Shown piece after piece: positions 40,870 to 49,841 of a stretch of 64,000 nt of DNA. This DNA is from a virus. The notes below the pieces were generated by a model, which did not search any database, was not told the origin of the DNA, and was given only the letters and a program-made list of their open reading frames with translations. The stretch is from the IMG/VR virus record IMGVR_UViG_3300027969_002800, positions 52,994 to 116,993 of that record; one strand, given 5' to 3'. The position numbers and the translations under genes were made by a program. The number at the start of each line of letters is the position of its first letter. Position 1 is the first letter of the stretch.

Positions 40870-40965
40870 TGATTGAGACAGGACTTGAACCTGTATGTGT
40901 ACCGAGTTTATTTGGATTATGAGTACACTTAACCCAATTAGCGTCTACCATTTCGCCACTCAATC
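40870..40965 (-). ncRNA. Atypical tRNA-like RNA with no canonical anticodon arm
   Basis: Acceptor GATTGAG/CTCAATC, D-arm TGGCGAAATGGTAGACGC, T-arm ACAGG-TTCAAGT-CCTGT. Confidence 0.75.
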
Positions 40966-40982
40966 ATTTAATAATAGATAAA

Positions 40983-41486
40983 CTACATTTTATTTATATA
41001 AGATCTATTTGCAGATATATCACGTATTGTTGCATAAGGTATATCATACTCTATAGATAAATATTTCAAATCTAACTTTTCTTTATTAGTTCTTCTTAAT
41101 GAGATTATATTATATATCTGAGTAACTAAAGTAATATCAAATTGTCTATTAGGTGGTACATGTCCTTTTTGAAACTTTTTACCCTCATCTACTACTAATC
41201 TACCTTTAGCTTTACAATCTTGCATATTATCTTTCTGTGTACCTAAAAATAAATGATTAGGATTTACACATTTTCTGTTATCACATGTATGACAAACTTT
41301 TAATGTATTATCTGTGATATTACCGTAAATTAGCTCATATGATAATCTATGAGAACCATGTGTCTTATCTTTTGTTTTAAATGCACCGTATCCATTTGAT
41401 CTACATGATGCTGTCCATTCCCAACAATCATTCTCTGATTTGATACTTACTTTATCCCAGAATCTTTTAATTTGTTCTTCAGTCAT
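40983..41486 (-). CDS. HNH homing endonuclease within the RNA gene cluster
   Basis: RFWDKV...CWEW...GYG...HRLSY...VCHTCDNRKCVNPNHL.LGT..DN..D. Confidence 0.9.
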   Translation of the reverse strand: MTEEQIKRFWDKVSIKSENDCWEWTASCRSNGYGAFKTKDKTHGSHRLSYELIYGNITDNTLKVCHTCDNRKCVNPNHLFLGTQKDNMQDCKAKGRLVVDEGKKFQKGHVPPNRQFDITLVTQIYNIISLRRTNKEKLDLKYLSIEYDIPYATIRDISANRSYINKM

Positions 41487-41501
41487 AATATAATTATTTT
41501 G

Positions 41502-41550
41502 CCACAGGGATAAGAATTGAACTTACATTTACATACCATTATGCCCTGTG
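41502..41550 (-). ncRNA. 49-nt mini-tRNA-like element with no anticodon arm
   Basis: CACAGGG/CCCTGTG acceptor, CATA-ATGG-TATG hairpin, GTAAG-TTCAATT-CTTAT T-arm. Confidence 0.65.
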
Positions 41551-41882
41551 TGGTGGAGGTGGCGGCATACGATAGCCGCGTCCAAATTACGTTCATCAAT
41601 ACAATTTATACAGCTTATTTAGGGTCAAGCTCAGCTTAACGATCCACCACTCTGTTTAATCTAACAGAGAAATCTTCATTAATTTAGGCTGCTACACCAA
41701 GATCAGTATCTACATTCAATAATGAGAACACTTTGTTCATGTTAGCTTCGATTTGTGCGTTTGCTCCTAGAGCCACTACACGAGAATTGTTTTTGCCATT
41801 TAATTAAATTCACCTTAGTTTACAGTTATCTCTCTGGCTGATTGTATTAATTATTGGTAACCTGTCAAATCCAGTCACCCCC
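41551..41882 (-). ncRNA. ssrA: tmRNA (332 nt)
   Basis: 5' GGGGGTGACTGGATTTGAC; 3' CACCTCCACCA; G3.U70 pair; resume context TAAAT-GGC; tag ends in AA-stop. Confidence 0.93.
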
Positions 41883-42327
41883 AAAATTGTAGGATATCGC
41901 TTAACCTACGAAGTTGATCACACTTCTTTTCTATACGAACGATTTTTTTTAGCACCCAGTTTATATAGCTTGAATCTCTCAAGCACCATGCCTTATTAGG
42001 GTCTCTATATAAACTTAGGGTCACGTAGTAAGAGATGCTCTAAATGTTTTTTACAGATAGACTGGGACACATTACTACTTGCTGAGAACTCATTTGTGTT
42101 GTATATGCAGAAATTCTCATATCTTCATCTCATTATCTTTCTCAAGGATAACAACACATTCTACATCTCTGTAGACATCTTTATGTAAACACACTACTAT
42201 AGCCAAGTCTTTTAACGCAGACCTCATTAAGGCAGGCTTTTTGTTTACAAAGGTATTCAATGTTTAACCTATAGCTTCTAACAGATTATAAGTTCTGACG
42301 CTTTACACAGCTTAGCTATTTATTATG

Positions 42328-42335
42328 CAAATATA
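42328..42335 (-). promoter_or_regulatory. Bacteroidota-type -7 promoter element heading the ncRNA cluster
   Basis: TATATTTG on the minus strand. Confidence 0.6.
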
Positions 42336-42500
42336 ATAAATTATTATTGATTAAGTGTATGTCTTACATCAATTGTTCTTTGTCTTATAATTCCTCTCTT
42401 GAAATTATATATCACTTCTACTATTAGTCTCTTAGACAATGTATGTCTGTAGGTATTAGTTGAACCAACTAATGTTCCTTTACTAATTCTAGGTCTCATG

Positions 42501-42731
42501 TTACAGCGTAGCAATGAACATAGTTATTGATGCTGTAGCTAATATAGCACACACCCAGCATAATATATTGAAATCACGCTTATATATAGCTTTCTGTTTC
42601 TCTAGCACATCTATTATCTGATCTTTGATCTCTAATGCTCTTTCTGCTTTATTCTGATATTCATGTACATCAGCTTTAATAAGCTGTATTTGATTCAATA
42701 GTTGATCTATTGTCTTTAAATCTTTCTTCAT
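42501..42731 (-). CDS. Coiled-coil protein with C-terminal TM helix
   Basis: ILCWVCAILATASITMFIATL. Confidence 0.6.
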   Translation of the reverse strand: MKKDLKTIDQLLNQIQLIKADVHEYQNKAERALEIKDQIIDVLEKQKAIYKRDFNILCWVCAILATASITMFIATL

Positions 42732-43098
42732 TGTTATTTGATTGTTTAATTATTTCTTACCTAATATCATACCAATAAGAATTGGTAGTATGATTGGACT
42801 AAATATAAATGATGCGAAAGCATAAGCCTTCACATCATCTAATCTATCATAAGTCTCTATGAACACACCTAGCATAACTAAGTATGATGCAATGATGTAT
42901 ATAAATATCATAAGCCAATAAGTTCATCAAAACAGCTCTCTAACAAATATGTTAAATCACGTCTCTCGTGTAACAATACATCAACTTGTTCTTCAATGAT
43001 ATGAATATTCGTATCATCGTGTGCATCTCTAAGACCATCTAAGAAACATATTTCATTCTTGATGTCTTGTAATCTTTGTTCAATTTGTTCTGTTCTCA

Positions 43099-43491
43099 TT
43101 ATATTAAGTATTTTTTAAATTTTTCTGTTACTAATCGTATTTGTTCTCTAGCATAAACATCTGCATCATAATCCATATATGCATCAACAAGAGCTTTTAT
43201 TTCATTGGCTTTATCTGTTACATATTGCACACCATGAGTAGAATTATTATAACTATGAGCTGTGTCAAAGCCTATAATAAAGTATTCATTGTCTTTGTCC
43301 CATTGACTAAGTGTTATCTCTTCAGGACATCCATCGGGCTGTAGATAGTTTCCCCAACCTTCATTATCTATTAGTTTTACTAATATTGGATGGTCTTTGG
43401 GAATATGAACGTATCCACATCCCCAACCAATTGTTCTAATATGAGATTTAAAATCTTCCTCATATGCTACTGTACTAATGTATGTCTCCAT
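43099..43491 (-). CDS. Hypothetical phage protein
   Basis: GWGCGYV.IP..HP...GFDTAH. Confidence 0.7.
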   Translation of the reverse strand: METYISTVAYEEDFKSHIRTIGWGCGYVHIPKDHPILVKLIDNEGWGNYLQPDGCPEEITLSQWDKDNEYFIIGFDTAHSYNNSTHGVQYVTDKANEIKALVDAYMDYDADVYAREQIRLVTEKFKKYLI

Positions 43492-43763
43492 AATGTTATA
43501 ATGTTTTATCTATTACTACTTCTATTAATACTAATCCAGAAAATAATAGAGCTAACAATACTATTAGCCCTAATACAGCTTCTCTATGTTTCCACATGTA
43601 AGCTAATTGTTGTTTAATGTTTTTCATATTACTCTATGTTTAGGATATTTATAACTGTGTGGTGAATGTGAAGCACAACTACTCATACTAAGTATAATAA
43701 GAAGTGCTGTTGCTGTAATAGCGTACATTATTAATAATGTAATGTAAGGATGTCTTTTCATGG

Positions 43764-43970
43764 CTAATTGCTATTAAAATGTTTTTCAAGATCACATGCT
43801 ATTATAACACTTGGTATCCAACCAAATAATAACATAAGCATTAGTATGCCACCATCTGTGTAACATTCACGTAGCGATAGCTCTGATAGAGCATATCCAA
43901 TAAGACTCATAGAAGTCCATGTTGTAAGTAAGCATGCTATTATAGCAAGCATAAGTTTTGTTGATTTCAT
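43764..43970 (-). CDS. Small two-TM membrane protein
   Basis: Two hydrophobic helices. Confidence 0.6.
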   Translation of the reverse strand: MKSTKLMLAIIACLLTTWTSMSLIGYALSELSLRECYTDGGILMLMLLFGWIPSVIIACDLEKHFNSN

Positions 43971-44220
43971 ATTGTTTGTTATTAAGGGATTAATAATCTA
44001 ATTAAGAATACAAATGCTATAACTATTATCCATAGTATAGTTTGTAATCCTTGGTTTTGTTTATTCTCGTGATACATAATGTATGTGTATTAAATCATCT
44101 ATAGTTATTCATAAAAGGAAAACGACCAAATCTTCAGAGTGTGAAGGTGTATATGTACTACATCCTACTGTTCTAGGAGTTAAATGATTTGTAATAGAAA
44201 GAGAGACAAAAACTTTCTAT

Positions 44221-44571
44221 TTATCTATGACCATGATTAAGTCTTGTTAAATAACTGTTGCTTGGTGATTTAGATTCTCTCTTCATGCCTTCAAGTTTTC
44301 TAATAGGTGATAATTTTTTACCATATGTCTGTAATAAGAAAACGTTATAAAGTTCACGATCTTTAGAAGGCTTATCTATTCTGAATTCTTCAGTGATACC
44401 AAGTTCATCTAATATATCATCCATAAAGGTTACACCACTAAGATTAAAATATATTGATATGAGAGTTTTTTGTTTTCTCATACCAAATATATGTTCTACA
44501 GTGCAATCTTTATATTTACCAAATTTAAGCTTTGACTTAACTGTCAGTGTTCTTAATATTGTTGCGCTCAT
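44221..44571 (-). CDS. Protein with FGKYK motif (DUF3820-like)
   Basis: LKFGKYKDCTV. Confidence 0.55.
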   Translation of the reverse strand: MSATILRTLTVKSKLKFGKYKDCTVEHIFGMRKQKTLISIYFNLSGVTFMDDILDELGITEEFRIDKPSKDRELYNVFLLQTYGKKLSPIRKLEGMKRESKSPSNSYLTRLNHGHR

Positions 44572-45207
44572 GTTTTTTAATGTTAAATATAACTAACAAA
44601 TAACAATGTATTTGTAAATTATATGTTGTGTTATGTTCAATAGACCCGTAGAAGAGCCTATTATTATTCTTTTATAATAGATAACAAATATATAAGAACA
44701 TCTCTCTTACCACGTAAGTATTCATATTCTAATATATATGATTCATCTTTATCAGATATCATTAACATATCATCTAGTAAGAAGAATCTATCTGCTATTA
44801 TATCAAGCTCTGATTGTATAATGTCTTTCATAATGCTATATGTATTGATTATGTTATTAGGTTTTTATTGTTTGTTATTAGAGGTTATTTTACTATGAAG
44901 GTATACACATCGATACATTCACACTCATTAAGAATTATAAATTCCTACAAAAATATCATCAAAACATCGTATTGTGATGTAATACTCTTACAAAAAGTTT
45001 ATTTCTCCCTCGTAGAAAGTTTGTTTTCTTCCTACAAAATATATTCTACAGTTTATACCTATATATATAGGTAGAAGTTATTGATGTTGTGATGTTGTTT
45101 TTTATAGCCCACCCAAACGATTAACATCCCACCCTTATATATAACAATAAGGTTTAACACTAAGTAGAATGTTGAGCCTCCCATTGATTGAGAGGCTCGA
45201 GTTCCAT

Positions 45208-45606
45208 TTAGATTTGCGCTAACAATGCGTCAACATTAACTTGAGACAATCCTGCGCTCACTGCAGTTGATTTCACTGCTTGTGCTTTAAGAATGTCCAA
45301 AGCAAAATCATCAGCATAATCATCAGCCAATGCTTGTGCACTTGTGAATGCATCAATGATGTCAGTTCTTGTGAATGTGCTTGCACTACCATCAGCATTA
45401 AGAATGACCTTCTTGTCAGCATCAACATTGTTGTATGTGAATGTATTAACATTACAATACAATGGGAATGTGATGTCCTCTGACTTGGTCCAACCATTTT
45501 CTACTAACACTGCTTTAGGGCAGAAGTAAGAATCTTTTGCTTTATCAACGAAGTAAGCATTTCCTGCAGGCGTAAAGTTAGCCTTAACAATTTTAAGTGA
45601 TTTCAT
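45208..45606 (-). CDS. First gene of the leftward (early) block, hypothetical
   Basis: Start moved to MKSLK; followed by hairpin GAGCCTC/GAGGCTC near 45174-45198. Confidence 0.65.
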   Translation of the reverse strand: MKSLKIVKANFTPAGNAYFVDKAKDSYFCPKAVLVENGWTKSEDITFPLYCNVNTFTYNNVDADKKVILNADGSASTFTRTDIIDAFTSAQALADDYADDFALDILKAQAVKSTAVSAGLSQVNVDALLAQI

Positions 45607-45941
45607 AATCAGGTTCTGTTTTTTATTGAGTGTTACGTTGAATGGGGGACTACCCCCAACCACTCAAAATGATGTGGGGGTCTTGGGTTGGAGTGGTCTC
45701 ACACAGTACACACATAAGCCATATCAAAATTTTGAAAAAAAATTTGAAAAAAGTTTTTGGATATATAAAATATATTTTACCTTTGGCGGGTGGGTGGGTT
45801 TGTCTATAAGGATAATTAGTTATCAATATAGTTCTCTAGATAAATATTATTCATAATATAGCTATGATATAAAAATATTTATCTATTATGTTCATTGTTA
45901 GTTTTATTTATATATCTTTGTCAATAGAATAAAACTAAATT

Positions 45942-46292
45942 ATGGAACCAACAGTTATAGTACAAAGACTAAAGAAGAGTGTATCAACTGATATACAACT
46001 AGCTGAGAAGTATTATTCTATTCTATCAGCTATAAACAATCTACATCTCACTGAGAGAGAAATACAGCTTATATCTTTTACAGCTATTAAAGGAAACATT
46101 ACATATGCTAATGTAAGGGAAGAATTCTGCAAACTACACAAAACAACAGGTCCTACAATTAACAACATCATCAGCAAGCTGAAGAAGGTGGGTATATTTA
46201 TTAAGGAAGGTGGTAAGGTGAAGGTGAACCCAGTTATTGTTATTGATTTCACTAAAGATTTAACACTAGGTATAACACTCACACATGAATAA
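45942..46292 (+). CDS. Winged-helix-like DNA-binding protein
   Basis: LTEREIQLI...TINNIISKLKKVG; TATCTTTG promoter at 45913-45920. Confidence 0.6.
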   Translation: MEPTVIVQRLKKSVSTDIQLAEKYYSILSAINNLHLTEREIQLISFTAIKGNITYANVREEFCKLHKTTGPTINNIISKLKKVGIFIKEGGKVKVNPVIVIDFTKDLTLGITLTHE

Positions 46293-46647
46293 GCCAACAA
46301 CAATGTCTGTGAAAGAGTTCATCATTAAGAGGATGGCTCTTAGTTTAGTAACATCTGAGAAGATTATTGATAATGTTATACAACATCAGTTTGATTCTGC
46401 CAATGATGCTCTCAACTTAAACAACACTGTAGAGATATCAGGGTTTGGTAAGTTCTTCTTTAATGTTAAGAAGGCAGAGACACATTACAATAAGCTTCTA
46501 GCCATGAAGCAAGCATATGAGAATACATTAGCTGATCAATCTATAACAGATAAGAAAAGAAATGCTACAGAACAAAGAATGATTACAGTGTTAAGGGATA
46601 TCAAAACATTAAAACCAAAGATGCATGAGCCTAGGACAGATATATGA
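46285..46647 (+). CDS. IHF/HU-like protein
   Basis: I...F....AL....VEISGFGKF; typical position upstream of the terminase in crAss-like phages. Confidence 0.6.
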   Translation: MNKPTTMSVKEFIIKRMALSLVTSEKIIDNVIQHQFDSANDALNLNNTVEISGFGKFFFNVKKAETHYNKLLAMKQAYENTLADQSITDKKRNATEQRMITVLRDIKTLKPKMHEPRTDI

Positions 46648-46882
46648 GGGATGGAAGAATCATCTTCTCCCTGAAGAAAGAAATAAAGCTTTTATAGAAT
46701 ATACAAGCCAAACAAGAACTGCTATATGTGAACAATGTGACAAGCATTCTTCTAAACACAAATCAGTGAGACCAGATGCACATTGCACAGAATGTGGGTG
46801 TACGCTCTCAGCAAAGACTAAATGTTTAACATGTGAATGTCCATTAAGAAAATGGAGAGCCACAGAACTACCTACAATATGA
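46625..46882 (+). CDS. Cys-rich zinc-binding protein
   Basis: R.AIC..C...C.ECGC.L.AKT.C..CECP..KW. Confidence 0.65.
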   Translation: MSLGQIYEGWKNHLLPEERNKAFIEYTSQTRTAICEQCDKHSSKHKSVRPDAHCTECGCTLSAKTKCLTCECPLRKWRATELPTI

Positions 46883-47190
46883 ACATACGTAAAATCCCTT
46901 TAGAACCTCTTATACAAATCCTTCAAGATCTATTTGAGAATGGAACTGATTTCATTGATATATCAGGAGAACAGAATGCAGAAGGTGAAGCTCCAAGAGA
47001 CATGATAAAGATATCAGTTAAACCTGAATATATGATGGATCATGATGAACTTAATGATGAGAATACAATTGAGTTTATGGAAGAGGAAATAGAGATGGAT
47101 TACACAGGTTCATTTGAAGAGAACACTAAACGTACCATCATAGATGATAAGACGTCCTTCTCTGATGAAGATATAGATAATTTAATATAA
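46837..47190 (+). CDS. Acidic hypothetical protein
   Basis: ORF in operon; start may be MNIRKI. Confidence 0.55.
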   Translation: MSIKKMESHRTTYNMNIRKIPLEPLIQILQDLFENGTDFIDISGEQNAEGEAPRDMIKISVKPEYMMDHDELNDENTIEFMEEEIEMDYTGSFEENTKRTIIDDKTSFSDEDIDNLI

Positions 47191-47196
47191 GAAGCT

Positions 47197-47472
47197 ATGA
47201 CAAAACCAAACTATCATAGAAAAATTATACAGCTGTTAGAACGTCTACACAAAGCACATCCTACATATAATATAGGAAGACATTTTGCAACAGCTCTTGA
47301 TGGTTATCAAGATGTATGGGGAGTGTCTGACAGAGAATTGCTCTTCTCATTACAGAAATATGAAGCAAGCCTGGATATGGATAGAGATCATATAGATGAA
47401 GAAGAGATAGAAGAGATAATAAAGGATGGCATGAATTTAAATGTAATATTCCTTGATGAAGAGGAGGACTAA
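47197..47472 (+). CDS. Hypothetical protein
   Basis: ORF in operon. Confidence 0.6.
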   Translation: MTKPNYHRKIIQLLERLHKAHPTYNIGRHFATALDGYQDVWGVSDRELLFSLQKYEASLDMDRDHIDEEEIEEIIKDGMNLNVIFLDEEED

Positions 47473-47483
47473 ACAAATACAAA

Positions 47484-47816
47484 ATGGCAGTAAAGAAAAC
47501 TACATACATAACAACGGAACTCAATTGGGCAGAAGAACAGTTATCAAGCTGGAAACAATACGTTGATGCTAATCCTTTACATACATTAGAGGATAGAATC
47601 AAATGGAAAGAAACTAAAGCTGGTGGTGCTATGCCTATGGTGATTGCCTCTATCGAGGCTCAAGGTAAGTTTGTACAAGAGACAATGAAGAACTATCTAG
47701 CTCTCTTAGAACAAGTAGAAAAGCTCAGAGAGAAAGAAGAAGCTAAAGCAGTACCTATAAGAGGTGGTGCTGAGCTTGGAAGTATGGCAGAAGAGTTTTT
47801 AAAAGGTAGAAAATAA
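47484..47816 (+). CDS. Putative terminase small subunit
   Basis: Helical 110-aa protein TAATG-coupled to TerL; call based on position. Confidence 0.45.
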   Translation: MAVKKTTYITTELNWAEEQLSSWKQYVDANPLHTLEDRIKWKETKAGGAMPMVIASIEAQGKFVQETMKNYLALLEQVEKLREKEEAKAVPIRGGAELGSMAEEFLKGRK

Positions 47817-49840
47817 TGGATGGACTACAAAGTATTGACTACAAGGATTGGTTCATCAATCAAAAGAGAGTTCCTCAGAAAGACTCAGATGAGTATAAAG
47901 CGTTCTATGCCTATCATAAACAACTATGCATTGATGGTTGTACAATGGGAGGAGTATATATCAATCCTTTTTTATATTGGCATTTAAACTTCTGGAATAC
48001 AGAAGTAGATATAATAGATGAACGTGGAAGAATATCACAGAAATATGCTAATCCATATTTACGTGATAATGAATGGGTTATTACAAATGAAATAGATAGA
48101 GCACAAATAGAAAAGAAAGGCCTAGTTATACTGGGCATTCGTCGTTTGGCTAAGTCAGTAATTGAGAGCAGTTATATAGGTTGGGGAGCTACATTTGATG
48201 AGAACTCCCAGAACATTATAGCAGGATTGAATGCTCCCGATATAAAGCTTATCACAGATAAGATTGACAAAGGATTAAACTTTCTACCAGAAGCATGGAG
48301 ATGGCAGAGGGTTGAGGATAATTGGAAAAACCAAGTTACTTTAGGGATCAAGACAAAAGCAGGAGAGCGAATCCCCTTTTCTCAGATCCTTATTCGTAAC
48401 TTAGATGGTGGTAATAACGAGGAAGCAATTGCAGGTACTAAACCTAGAAAATTAATTATTGATGAGATTGGTAAAGGAAGTTTCCTTAGAGGACTACAAG
48501 CTGCAACTCCAGGTTTTACTACACCATATGGTTGGGGATGTAGCCCTATCCTTACAGGTACTGGAGGAGATATGCAGAATTTTATGGATGCTAAGTCTCT
48601 TATGTTCGATGTAGAGAATTTCAACTTCCTTACATATAATAACGCTAAAGATGATAAACGAGTACATGGGCTATTCATATCCCATAAGTACAGAATGGAA
48701 GCTAAAGAAGAATCCACATTAGGAGCATACCTTGAACAACCAGCAGATTCTGAATTACACAATGTAAAGATGCTAGTCTCTAATGAAGAGAAAGCAGATA
48801 AGATTACAAATGATAACCTTGACAGATTAAAAAAAGCTGGTGATAGACTAGCTTATTTAAAAGAGAAGATGTATTACCCACAAGAAGTGGATGATATATT
48901 CTTGAATGAGGACACAAATATATTTGATATAGAAGCTACCAAACGTCAGAAGGCTAGACTACTAGCACAAGAAAGAACAGGAACCCCTGTTGTTCTTTAT
49001 GATGATGGTAATGGTGTAAAGCATGAGTTTACAGACAAATTACCTATATCAAACTTCCCTCTTAAGAATAGTGATAACAAAGAAGCTCCTGTAGTGATAT
49101 ATGAGTTTCCAATAGAGAGTCCTCCTTATGGATTATATGTAGCAGGGATTGACCCTTATAGACAGGGCAAGTCTGCTTATTCAAGTTCATTAGGATCTGT
49201 GTATATATACAAACGTATGCACAGTATATCAGGAGAGAAGTATCAAGATATGTTTGTTGCTAGCTATTGTGCTAGACCAGAGAAGAAAGAAACCTGGGAA
49301 GAACAAGCACGTTACCTGATTAAATATTACAATGCAAGAGCTCTATGTGAGAATGACGAAATATCTTTTATTGACTACATGATAGCTAAAGGAGATGCTC
49401 ATTACCTAGAAAGACAACCTGATTGGTTAAAGGAAATAGTTCCAAATACTACCGTAAGACGAGACTATGGAATACATAGATCTTCTGAGAAAATTAGAGA
49501 CTTTTTACATGGCTGCCTTAAAAAATATTCAGAAGAAGTTATACATACAGAGAAAGATGAAGATGGAAACATTAAATCTGAAACAAAAGGTATGTCTAAA
49601 ATATTTGATCCTGTTCTCCTCGAGGAGATGATACAATATAATGAGACAGGTAACTTTGATAGAATCATTGCAGCAGAACTAGCAATAGCTCTAGCAATGA
49701 AACTAGATCCCATAATGGGAAAAATAGGAGGAGAGCAAGATGTAAGAATGCAATCAATGTTCACAAAGAACAAAAAGAATACTCTGTTTACACAAAGCAG
49801 ATCAATGTTTAACACACCAAAAAATAAATTGTTTAGATAA
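47816..49840 (+). CDS. terL: Terminase large subunit
   Basis: RRLAKS Walker A variant, IIDEIG Walker B, GTGG, AGIDPY, NFDRI. Confidence 0.92.
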   Translation: MDGLQSIDYKDWFINQKRVPQKDSDEYKAFYAYHKQLCIDGCTMGGVYINPFLYWHLNFWNTEVDIIDERGRISQKYANPYLRDNEWVITNEIDRAQIEKKGLVILGIRRLAKSVIESSYIGWGATFDENSQNIIAGLNAPDIKLITDKIDKGLNFLPEAWRWQRVEDNWKNQVTLGIKTKAGERIPFSQILIRNLDGGNNEEAIAGTKPRKLIIDEIGKGSFLRGLQAATPGFTTPYGWGCSPILTGTGGDMQNFMDAKSLMFDVENFNFLTYNNAKDDKRVHGLFISHKYRMEAKEESTLGAYLEQPADSELHNVKMLVSNEEKADKITNDNLDRLKKAGDRLAYLKEKMYYPQEVDDIFLNEDTNIFDIEATKRQKARLLAQERTGTPVVLYDDGNGVKHEFTDKLPISNFPLKNSDNKEAPVVIYEFPIESPPYGLYVAGIDPYRQGKSAYSSSLGSVYIYKRMHSISGEKYQDMFVASYCARPEKKETWEEQARYLIKYYNARALCENDEISFIDYMIAKGDAHYLERQPDWLKEIVPNTTVRRDYGIHRSSEKIRDFLHGCLKKYSEEVIHTEKDEDGNIKSETKGMSKIFDPVLLEEMIQYNETGNFDRIIAAELAIALAMKLDPIMGKIGGEQDVRMQSMFTKNKKNTLFTQSRSMFNTPKNKLFR

Positions 49841-49841
49841 C

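Noticed and set aside
41885-42325. Hammerhead/pistol ribozyme or RNase P RNA
   Set aside because: No CUGAUGA-GAAA core or GAGGAAAGUCC motif found by eye; kept only as an unknown structured RNA
47816-49840. Inteins or introns in TerL (also checked PolB, DnaB, RecA)
   Set aside because: Normal lengths and no intein splice-junction motifs noticed
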